This document shows positions 19,914 to 27,782 of a DNA stretch of 64,000 nt, in pieces (the stretch's first letter is position 1; each line of letters opens with the position of its first letter). Both the position numbers and the translations under genes were made by a program. Origin of the DNA: Spirochaetales bacterium (GTDB taxonomy: Bacteria; Spirochaetota; Spirochaetia; JABEVK01); contig JBAXAI010000001.1 of assembly GCA_037142615.1 (NCBI GenBank), positions 192,001-256,000 of the forward strand, given 5' to 3'. The notes below the pieces were generated by a model. That model did no database searches. It was not told the DNA's origin and worked only from the letters and a program-made list of their open reading frames with translations.

Positions 19914-20909
19914 ATGAAAAGGTTTTTCACGATTCTGGGTGTGGCTCTGTTCCTGGCTAACAGTGGAGCCTTTGCAGAACAAGCTACCCTCATCGATTTT
20001 GCGAAGTTGGTCGGGTCGGGCGACACTGGCCTCCACGCCGCCACAGCGATCGACTACTCGCGTCAGGCAGGTTCTGCCTATAGCGCCGAAGACAAGGTGA
20101 AGATGAAGATCTCCTTGGCAATCCCCAGTTGGGAGATTTCCTTGGCATCGTCGGCTCGTTCCGTCGAAAACCAGACTCTTTCTTACATCACCGCTGCTCC
20201 GGTCAAGGCTGATGCAGCGAAGTACGCCGGCGAGACGGTCATGGGTGTGCGGATTCACTTCCCCACCTACGGAGTCAACTCGTTTGCCGTCATCCGCCCA
20301 CCTTTCACCATTCCCGCTTATGCGACGATGGAAGGTGACCAGAATGCCAAGGCCGGTGCTCAGTTTGATGGCTATGGCGTGATCAAGAACGTGGGCGTTG
20401 TCAAGTCGCTTCAGATCAACGTTCTCGGACGTAATTTCCCCAACGGTCTTTCACTTCTTTTGGAAGACGAGCTCGGTCAAGAACAGGAAATCTTCATGGG
20501 TTACCTGAACTTCGACGGCTGGAAGTCGCTGACTTGGAATAATCCTGACTACCAACAGTCTGTCCGCAACCGCGAACTCAAGGTGAATGCGTTGTACCCC
20601 CGCTCGGCTCCGTTCCTGAAGCTCAAGGGCATCGTGGTTCGTCGTGACGCGGCTCAGGACGGCGGTGACGTGGTTTCCTACATCAAGGATATCAAAGTCA
20701 TCTATGACTTGGCTGTTGTCGATCGCAACGCCGACGTGGACGATGAAGCAATCTGGGGTATCCTGAAGCAGCGCGAAGAGTCGCAGCGCAACTTCGAACT
20801 TGCCCGCCTCGGCAACCTTCAGGTTCTCCGATCGCTGGAAGAAAAGAAGAAGGCGAGCGAATCTGGCTTCGACAGCGCTGCTCCTGCTGCAGCTGCCGCG
20901 ACCAAGTAA
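19914..20909 (+). CDS. flaA: periplasmic flagellar filament sheath protein FlaA
   Basis: Signal peptide then EQATLIDFAKL; GVRIHFP, KNVGVVKS, MGYLNFDGWKSLTWNNP, YIKDIKVIYD; SD AAGGAG. Confidence 0.96.
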   Translation: MKRFFTILGVALFLANSGAFAEQATLIDFAKLVGSGDTGLHAATAIDYSRQAGSAYSAEDKVKMKISLAIPSWEISLASSARSVENQTLSYITAAPVKADAAKYAGETVMGVRIHFPTYGVNSFAVIRPPFTIPAYATMEGDQNAKAGAQFDGYGVIKNVGVVKSLQINVLGRNFPNGLSLLLEDELGQEQEIFMGYLNFDGWKSLTWNNPDYQQSVRNRELKVNALYPRSAPFLKLKGIVVRRDAAQDGGDVVSYIKDIKVIYDLAVVDRNADVDDEAIWGILKQREESQRNFELARLGNLQVLRSLEEKKKASESGFDSAAPAAAAATK

Positions 20910-20925
20910 ACCTGTCTTGATCGAG

Positions 20926-20959
20926 AGGGTCGGCTGTTTCAGCCGGCCCTTTTTTTTTT
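20926..20959 (+). terminator. rho-independent terminator after flaA
   Basis: AGGGTCGGCTG-ttt-CAGCCGGCCCT followed by a long T-run. Confidence 0.9.
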
Positions 20960-20968
20960 GGAGTTTCG

Positions 20969-23044
20969 ATGACAACGCTGCAATACACCGCTAACTCTAC
21001 CGGGCTGTCCACCTCACAAGTGGGTGCCGTCCTGGAGTTGCTCTCGCAAGGACACACAGTTCCTTTCCTTGCCCGCTACAGAAAAGAAGCCACTGGCAAT
21101 TGCGATGAGGTACAAATCGCCGCGGTGGAAGAGGCTTCGTTGCGCTTCGAGGCTCTCGAAAAACGGCGGCAGACGATTCTGCTGTCGTTGAAAGAGCAAG
21201 GGCTCTGGACCGCCGCGTTGGAGGCTTCGCTACTGGTCGCACCCAACCTTGCAACCCTGGAGGATCTTTATCTTCCGTACCGCCCCAAGCGGAAGACCCG
21301 GGCCAGCCAGGCGCGCGAGGCGGGGTTCGGTGAACTAGCCGACTGGCTATGGACCAAAGGCACGCTGCAACCGGCGAAGGTCTGGACCGCCGAGGCGTAC
21401 TCGGGTGCGAATGACATCCTTGCCGAGCGACTGAGCGAAACCCCCTTGGTCCGGTCCGCTCTGAGGGACCTGTGCCGACGGGAGGGCGTACTGAGAGTCC
21501 GGCAACCTCGGGGCCACAAAGGTGAGAACCCATTTTCGGACCACCTTGAAAGGAATGAGTTGCTACGCCTGATTCCGGGGTATCGGCTTTTGGCGCTCCT
21601 TCGGGGCGTTGCTGAGGACCACCTCAAGTTGGAAGTGGAAATTGACCCGGCGCTCGCTCTGGAAGTTCTGGAGCGGTCTGCAGGTTTGACGTCCACAGTT
21701 CGCGAGGCCGTTCGAATGGCTGCCAGAGACGCGTGGAAACGCCTGATCCACCCAAGTCTGGAAGCCGAGGTGCTCACGGAGGCCCGTGAACGGGCTGAGC
21801 TTCAGGCGCTTGAGGTCTTTGCGGGCAACCTCCAGTCCGTTCTCCTCGCGCCGCCTTTGGGGCAGAAGCGTGTACTGGCTGTGGATCCTGGGTTCCGAAC
21901 TGGGTGCAAGGTCGTGGTGCTGAGCGCTCAGGGAGATCTGCTGGAGTACGGAGTAATCTCGCCTTTGGAGCCGCACAACCGCTCAGCAGAAGCCGAGACG
22001 AGAGTTCGGGCTTGGGTTTCCAAACACAAGGTGGAAGCCGTGGCTATCGGAAACGGAACCGCAGGTTCGGAATCCTTTGAGTTTTTCCGAAGTATGGCTT
22101 TGGGTGTTCCCTTGTACTCCGTTGCCGAAAGCGGAGCTTCGGTTTACAGCGCCAGTGCTGTCGCGCGGGAAGAGTTTCCGGATCTGGACCTGACGGTTCG
22201 TGGAGCGGTTTCGATAGGGCGACGCCTTCTCGATCCTCTGGCCGAACTAGTGAAGGTCGACCCGAAGTCCATCGGAGTGGGACAATATCAGCATGATGTC
22301 AACCAAAATGAGCTGAAAAGGCATCTCGACAGGGTTGTGGTGAGCTGTGTAAACCGGGTAGGCGTCGATGTAAACACCGCGACCTTTTCACTTCTGCGGT
22401 ACGTTGCTGGCTTCAGCACGAAGCTGGCCGGACAAGTGGTTGAACACCGGAGGAAGAAGGGGCCGTTCCGAAGTCGCCAGGAGTTTCGGCAGGTTACTGG
22501 GTTCGGAGACAAGACCTTTGAACAATCGGCGGGATTCCTTCGTATTTCGGGCGGAACAAACTGCCTCGACGGTACGGCCGTTCATCCTGAATCGTATTCC
22601 GTGGTCGAAAAGATCGCTTTGGCCCTCGGCGAATCCGTGGATGCCCTGGTTGGTGCCCCGAACCTGCGCGAGCGGGTAGGTCCCCTGAAGTTGCCGGCGG
22701 GCCCAGCAACCTTGGCCGATATTCTTGCCGAGTTGGAGCGCCCGGGCCGTGATCCTCGGGCTGCCTCAGCGCGCGCAAACCACTCGCTGGAAGCGCGGAC
22801 AATGGCCGACTTGAAAGAAGGTGACGTCCTCGAGGGTGTGGTTACGAATGTCACGGATTTCGGGGCCTTTGTTGACATCGGCGTGCATCAAGATGGCCTG
22901 GTTCATATCAGTCAGTTGGCAGACCGGTTCGTAAATAGGCCCTTGGACGTGGTCCAACCGGGACTGAGGGTCTCCGTCCGGGTCCTCTCTGTGGACTTGA
23001 CCAAGAAACGCATCTCCTTGAGCCGAAAAGGCTTGGAGAAATGA
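20969..23044 (+). CDS. tex: Tex family transcription accessory protein
   Basis: TVPFLARYRKEATG, LEDLYLPYRPKR, DPGFRTGCK, ESGASVYSAS, IGVGQYQHDV, C-terminal S1 domain. Confidence 0.96.
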   Translation: MTTLQYTANSTGLSTSQVGAVLELLSQGHTVPFLARYRKEATGNCDEVQIAAVEEASLRFEALEKRRQTILLSLKEQGLWTAALEASLLVAPNLATLEDLYLPYRPKRKTRASQAREAGFGELADWLWTKGTLQPAKVWTAEAYSGANDILAERLSETPLVRSALRDLCRREGVLRVRQPRGHKGENPFSDHLERNELLRLIPGYRLLALLRGVAEDHLKLEVEIDPALALEVLERSAGLTSTVREAVRMAARDAWKRLIHPSLEAEVLTEARERAELQALEVFAGNLQSVLLAPPLGQKRVLAVDPGFRTGCKVVVLSAQGDLLEYGVISPLEPHNRSAEAETRVRAWVSKHKVEAVAIGNGTAGSESFEFFRSMALGVPLYSVAESGASVYSASAVAREEFPDLDLTVRGAVSIGRRLLDPLAELVKVDPKSIGVGQYQHDVNQNELKRHLDRVVVSCVNRVGVDVNTATFSLLRYVAGFSTKLAGQVVEHRRKKGPFRSRQEFRQVTGFGDKTFEQSAGFLRISGGTNCLDGTAVHPESYSVVEKIALALGESVDALVGAPNLRERVGPLKLPAGPATLADILAELERPGRDPRAASARANHSLEARTMADLKEGDVLEGVVTNVTDFGAFVDIGVHQDGLVHISQLADRFVNRPLDVVQPGLRVSVRVLSVDLTKKRISLSRKGLEK

Positions 23045-23115
23045 ACGAGCAGGGATTCGAACCCCGGACATCCTGCGTGTAAAGCAGGCGCTCTAACCAA
23101 CTGAGCTACTCGTCC
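23042..23115 (-). tRNA. tRNA-Val(TAC)
   Basis: GGACGAGTAGCTCAGTTGGTTAGAGCGCCTGCTTTACACGCAGGATGTCCGGGGTTCGAATCCCTGCTCGTTCA; cloverleaf, anticodon TAC, no encoded CCA. Confidence 0.96.
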
Positions 23116-23132
23116 GATCAGCGACCGACAAG

Positions 23133-23161
23133 AATCTATCGTCGGCCAGGCTTTTTGTCAA
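23133..23161 (-). promoter_or_regulatory. sigma70 promoter of tRNA-Val
   Basis: TTGACA-N17-TAGATT. Confidence 0.7.
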
Positions 23162-23670
23162 TTGCGGGAGGTATGGCTTTCGCCGCGGCTAATGAGCACC
23201 TTTCCGCTGCGCACCAGTTCGAGAATCCCATAGGGGAGTAACATCTCCTTCAAGGCGTCCAGTTTTTCGGTCTTTCCAGTCACCATCAACGTCAATGTTG
23301 TCGCCGTCAAGTCTTCGGTTACCGCTTTGAACGTCTGCGCAATTTGCAACACTTCGGTCCGTTTCTCTTGAGGACAGTGAATCTTGAAAAGACCGAGTTC
23401 TTTCTGGATCACATCTTCATTCGAGTAATCGCGCGCGCTGACCACATCAATGAGCTTATTCAGTTGCTTCAGAATCTGCTGAAGGGTGGGCAGGTCGCCC
23501 AGGGCCACGATATTCATGTAGGAATACTGGGGGTCAGTCGATTCGGAAACAACCAGAGAGTCGATATTGTAGCCGCGTCGGGAAAAAACTTGGGCAATCC
23601 GGTTCAATACCCCCGGCTTGTTGGCGACATACAAGCTGATCGTGTGCCGCAGCGTGGAATTCTTTACCAT
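23158..23670 (-). CDS. ilvN: acetolactate synthase small subunit
   Basis: NKPGVLNRIAQVFSRRGYNIDSL ACT domain; QILKQLNKLIDV. Confidence 0.95.
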   Translation of the reverse strand: MVKNSTLRHTISLYVANKPGVLNRIAQVFSRRGYNIDSLVVSESTDPQYSYMNIVALGDLPTLQQILKQLNKLIDVVSARDYSNEDVIQKELGLFKIHCPQEKRTEVLQIAQTFKAVTEDLTATTLTLMVTGKTEKLDALKEMLLPYGILELVRSGKVLISRGESHTSRN

Positions 23671-23671
23671 C

Positions 23672-25387
23672 TCAAGTTCCTCCCGTCGGTTTTTCTATCT
23701 TTCTTTTGGGCGCTTCCAGCAGCATAGCCCTCAGGCTGGCACCGGCCGGGATCATTGGAAATACGTTGTCGTGTTTTTCGACTTCGGCCTCGATAATGCA
23801 GGGCCCATCGTTGTAGGCGAGGGCGGCACGAAGGATTTTCTTCACGTCGGCAGAGCGTCGGATTCGGAACGCCTTTACTCCATACGCCTGCCCAAGTTTC
23901 ACGAAGTCCGGATTTCCCTCAAGATCGACGCCCGACAAACGATCGTCGTAGAACATATTCTGCCATTGACGGACCATTCCTAAGTAGCGGTTGTTGATAA
24001 TCAGGATCTTCACCGGCAACTTGTTGTTTGCCGCAGTGGAAAGCTCCGACAAAGTCATCTGGAACCCACCATCACCGACGATGGCGACTACCGTTTCACC
24101 CGGACGACCGAGTTGTGCTCCGATGGCTGCCGGAAAGCCATAGCCCATGGTGCCTGCACCCCCTGAGGAGATCCAGTTGAAACGCTGGTCGGTCAGGTAG
24201 AACTGAGCAGCCCACATCTGATGCTGGCCGACATCAGTGGTTACAACAGCCTTACCCTTCGTCAGTTTGTACATTTCCTCGATGACATGCTGCGCACGTA
24301 GGCGGCCCTCTTTCTTGAAATGAAGGGGAAACTCCCGCTTCCATCGCTTGACCTGCTTGGTCCAGGGTGCCACGTCGCCGCGTTCCAAGTGGGGCAACAA
24401 AGCCTGAAGAACTTGTTTGGCGTCTCCGAGCAAGGCGCAATCGACCTCCACGACCTTGTTGATCTCAGCTGGGTCGATATCGACGTGGATGATCACAGCG
24501 TTTTCGCCGAAGTCAGCATAGCTGCCGACAATTCGGTCATCGAATCTCGACCCTATTGAGAAGATGAGGTCCGCATCGACCATCGCTTTGTTGGCGTAAG
24601 CGGTACCATGCATTCCAAGCATGCCAAGACTGAGCTCGTGGCTCTCGGGGAAAGCGCCTTTTCCGAGGAGGGTATTCGTAACAGGAACCTGAAGTATTTC
24701 CACCATTCGAGCCAATTCGTCCTGGCAACCCGAGATGATCGCACCATTACCGACGAGCAAGATAGGGCGCTTGGCGGCCTTGAGGAGTTGGGCCGCCCGG
24801 GTTACCTCGGGAATCGACGGCGGACCTGGTATGCTGTAACCGGGAAGTTGAAACGGCGCTTCGGTTTCATATTCCAAGAGCGCACTGGCGATATTCTTGG
24901 GGAGGTCGACGAGAACCGGGCCGGGCCGGCCGGAACGTGCCAGATGAAAAGCCTCCCGAACGATGCGGGGGAGGTCCGCGACGTTCTTGACCAGATACGA
25001 GTGCTTGACGACCGGCTGGGTGATTCCGAAGATATCGGCTTCTTGAAAGGCGTCCAGCCCAAGGTTCCAGGTTGGGGTCTGGCCGCTGATCACCACCATG
25101 GGAACCGAATCCAAGAGTGCAGTGAAGAGGCCCGTTATGGCGTTGGTGGCTCCCGGTCCGGAGGTGACAAGTGCAACCCCCACTTTTCCTGTGGCCCTGG
25201 CGTAGCCATCCGCCATGTGGGTGGCTCCCTGCTCATGGCGGGTCAGGATGAGCTGGATACTGCGGCCGACAAGTGCGTCGAAAACGGGAATTGCAGCCCC
25301 ACCCGGCAGTCCGAAGATGTACTCAACCCCTTCCTGAATCATGACATCGATCAAAGCGTCGGCGCCGGTACGCTCCGGATTGGACAT
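23672..25387 (-). CDS. ilvB: acetolactate synthase large subunit
   Basis: [37 protein letters not shown]; SD GGAGG before MSNPER. Confidence 0.96.
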   Translation of the reverse strand: MSNPERTGADALIDVMIQEGVEYIFGLPGGAAIPVFDALVGRSIQLILTRHEQGATHMADGYARATGKVGVALVTSGPGATNAITGLFTALLDSVPMVVISGQTPTWNLGLDAFQEADIFGITQPVVKHSYLVKNVADLPRIVREAFHLARSGRPGPVLVDLPKNIASALLEYETEAPFQLPGYSIPGPPSIPEVTRAAQLLKAAKRPILLVGNGAIISGCQDELARMVEILQVPVTNTLLGKGAFPESHELSLGMLGMHGTAYANKAMVDADLIFSIGSRFDDRIVGSYADFGENAVIIHVDIDPAEINKVVEVDCALLGDAKQVLQALLPHLERGDVAPWTKQVKRWKREFPLHFKKEGRLRAQHVIEEMYKLTKGKAVVTTDVGQHQMWAAQFYLTDQRFNWISSGGAGTMGYGFPAAIGAQLGRPGETVVAIVGDGGFQMTLSELSTAANNKLPVKILIINNRYLGMVRQWQNMFYDDRLSGVDLEGNPDFVKLGQAYGVKAFRIRRSADVKKILRAALAYNDGPCIIEAEVEKHDNVFPMIPAGASLRAMLLEAPKRKIEKPTGGT

Positions 25388-25621
25388 GGTAACCTCCAAA
25401 AAGAATCGCAAAGTGATGCAATTCCTCACTACGTGCCAAGTGTGGAGAAGAAAAACGTCTTGGTCAAGGGCAATATGACCTAGTTTGAGCGCAGGCGTAA
25501 CAGAAAGTGAACGCAAAAATGGCAAAATGCAAAGAAGTCCGAGTGAGACACCGGCAAAACCTAGTCTCGATGCAAGGGCATACCTCTTGAACTTTGGCTA
25601 TCTGACAAGTAGTCTGGTGCT

Positions 25622-26236
25622 ATGGCAGAAGCTTCGCAGATCTTTTACCAAGCACAGGAGTTCTTCCGTGCGCAGGGACTTGTCTACCTCAGAAGATCCC
25701 GAGTCGCAGCGCCCGAAGTGCTGGCGTACGATTGGGCTGACTCGCCCTACGCGCACTCCAACCGCGACGAGTTTGATTCGTTGACATCCCGCTATGGCGA
25801 CGCACTGAGAGCAGGCGAAACGGCGCCGCTCTGTCTTGCCGACGCCGGAGCTGGAATCGGCTGGGGAGTTTTCGCCTCGGCACCGCTGCTCGAAGGGGCC
25901 TTGGTCGGTGAGTACTCAGGGGTGATACAGAGTTTGACCGACGCGCCGGCCGATGCGCAGGTGGGGGGGCACTTCCTCTCAGACTATTCTTGGAACTATC
26001 CCGATGAACTTCCGGATGGGTCAGCGTTCGAGGTGAATGCCTTCTACGAGGGAAACCATCTTCGCTACGTGAATCATTCGTCAAAACCAAACTGTGCGGT
26101 CGATCACACGCTCGTCGATGGTTTGTTCGTCACTTTTTTTCGAGTGACCGAACCAATACCCGTAGGTGGGCAGTTGTTCGTCGACTACGGAGACGAATAT
26201 TGGTCTGGTGGCTTCCGACAAGTGGTTGACCTATGA
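25622..26236 (+). CDS. SET domain protein-lysine methyltransferase
   Basis: GWGVFA, VGEYSGVI, RYVNHS..PN, QLFVDYGDEYW. Confidence 0.9.
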   Translation: MAEASQIFYQAQEFFRAQGLVYLRRSRVAAPEVLAYDWADSPYAHSNRDEFDSLTSRYGDALRAGETAPLCLADAGAGIGWGVFASAPLLEGALVGEYSGVIQSLTDAPADAQVGGHFLSDYSWNYPDELPDGSAFEVNAFYEGNHLRYVNHSSKPNCAVDHTLVDGLFVTFFRVTEPIPVGGQLFVDYGDEYWSGGFRQVVDL

Positions 26237-26901
26237 ACCAAGCTCAACGGGACCTCATGCTTTGGACGGGCCTGGTCGGGTTCTTCTACGCTGTCGGATT
26301 GGTAGCACATGCTATTGACCTGCTTCGGCCCTGGATGCTGCTGCTGACACCCGGATTTTTGCTCGTAGCCGGTGGAGTGATCGTCTTTCGTCATCTACAG
26401 ACGGCCGACGTCTGGCCTTTCTGGTTTTGGTTCGTGCCTGTGAGCATCCTGACGTTTGGAATGGAGGTTCTGGGAGTCGCCACCGGGCTCGTCTTCGGAC
26501 CCTACCACTACACCAACGCGTTGGGCCCTTCTCTTGCGGGTGTACCGCTCTTGATTGGACTCAATTGGGTACTCGTCGTCGTCGGATCACTCGTCGGTGT
26601 ACGCGCTCTTGCTCCGACGTGGCCCCCCGTGGCCACAGCACTGATTTCCGGCCTGGCCTGCATCGCCTTTGACCTGTTGCTTGAACCTGTTGCCGTCCAC
26701 TTGGGCTACTGGGTTTGGGACGTTCCCGAAATCCCGCTCCAGAACTACCTGGCCTGGGGGGGCATCGGGGCGCTCGCAGCTTACTGGGGGGCGAGGGTAC
26801 TTCCACGGCGAGGTTCTGCCATCCTGGCTTGGTACACGATCATTCAGACGGCGTTCTTCGCCGGCATCGACGTTTGGATACTCATTGGGTGGATTCCTTG
26901 A
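26233..26901 (+). CDS. carotenoid biosynthesis membrane protein (CruF-like hydratase)
   Basis: EVLGVATGLVFGPYHY, GVPLLIGLNW, DLLLEPVAVHLGYWVW, IPLQNYLAW. Confidence 0.88.
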   Translation: MNQAQRDLMLWTGLVGFFYAVGLVAHAIDLLRPWMLLLTPGFLLVAGGVIVFRHLQTADVWPFWFWFVPVSILTFGMEVLGVATGLVFGPYHYTNALGPSLAGVPLLIGLNWVLVVVGSLVGVRALAPTWPPVATALISGLACIAFDLLLEPVAVHLGYWVWDVPEIPLQNYLAWGGIGALAAYWGARVLPRRGSAILAWYTIIQTAFFAGIDVWILIGWIP

Positions 26902-27701
26902 CGAAGTGGGCAATGCTAGGATTTTTGCTTCCTTCGCTGTTGGCCGGCCAACCCCAGGCGCCAGTGCTGGCCTTGGCCGTGTCGCCCGACTCAAGATGGC
27001 TGGCTACCGGTTCGCTTTCCGGGCAGGTCAAAGTGCGGGACCTTCGGACCGGTGAACTCGTCCATGCCGGCCTGGCGCCCGCTGGTGTGCGGGGTCTTTC
27101 CTTTGAGTCGGAGTTCACGCTCAAAATCGCTCTGAGTGGACGTTTGCAGGCAAGTTGGTCCTTCACCGGACCCCACGCGGTTGAGCTGGACTCACTTCGT
27201 TTTGTGGCACAGCCTTTGGGTTTGCCGGGGACGGAAAGTGACACGTTGTCGATGAGCGAAAACAAGGACCTCTCACTCGTCGCAGCGGTCCGGGCTATCG
27301 GGGTTCTGGAAGTTCGGGGAACGGACGGCAACCTGCGCGCATCGGTGCCTTTTGCGGGCCGTCAGGTGGTTTGGCTTGGCGACGCCCTGTTGGTCGTCAG
27401 CGTCGAGGGCGATTTGGTGCTGTGGTCGAGCGACTTGAAGTCTCCGGGCACCCCGCTGATGACCGGTGTGACGGCGTTGGCCTCAAGCGGCCAGCACTGG
27501 GTCGCCGGGACCCGCTTTGGCGAGCTCTGGACCGGCGAACGGGAGACTTCCGCTGCACCTCGTCATTGGAAGTCGCACCAAGGTACCGTGAATGCTGTCG
27601 CCTGGGGATCCCCAGGTCATTTCGTGTCGGCAGGAGGCGATTCACAGGTAATACTGTGGGACGCCGCCACCGGGCGGAAACTGGGAAATGTCTCTCCTTG
27701 A
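26898..27701 (+). CDS. exported WD40-like repeat protein
   Basis: TTGA-coupled start; signal-like N-terminus; VLALAVSPDSRWLATGS...VKVRD and HQGTVNAVAW...FVSAGGDSQVILWD. Confidence 0.8.
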   Translation: MTKWAMLGFLLPSLLAGQPQAPVLALAVSPDSRWLATGSLSGQVKVRDLRTGELVHAGLAPAGVRGLSFESEFTLKIALSGRLQASWSFTGPHAVELDSLRFVAQPLGLPGTESDTLSMSENKDLSLVAAVRAIGVLEVRGTDGNLRASVPFAGRQVVWLGDALLVVSVEGDLVLWSSDLKSPGTPLMTGVTALASSGQHWVAGTRFGELWTGERETSAAPRHWKSHQGTVNAVAWGSPGHFVSAGGDSQVILWDAATGRKLGNVSP

Positions 27702-27782
27702 ACCGATTTAGGACCGAAGTTTCGTCGGATTGACATTCAGATTCTTCCATGCAATGCTGATTTGTCCTTCAAGGAGACCCTC

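Noticed and set aside
25388-25525. Possible ilvB attenuator or N-terminal extension
   Set aside because: No Ile/Leu/Val-rich leader peptide with terminator and no T-box seen; the SD supports a start at 25387.
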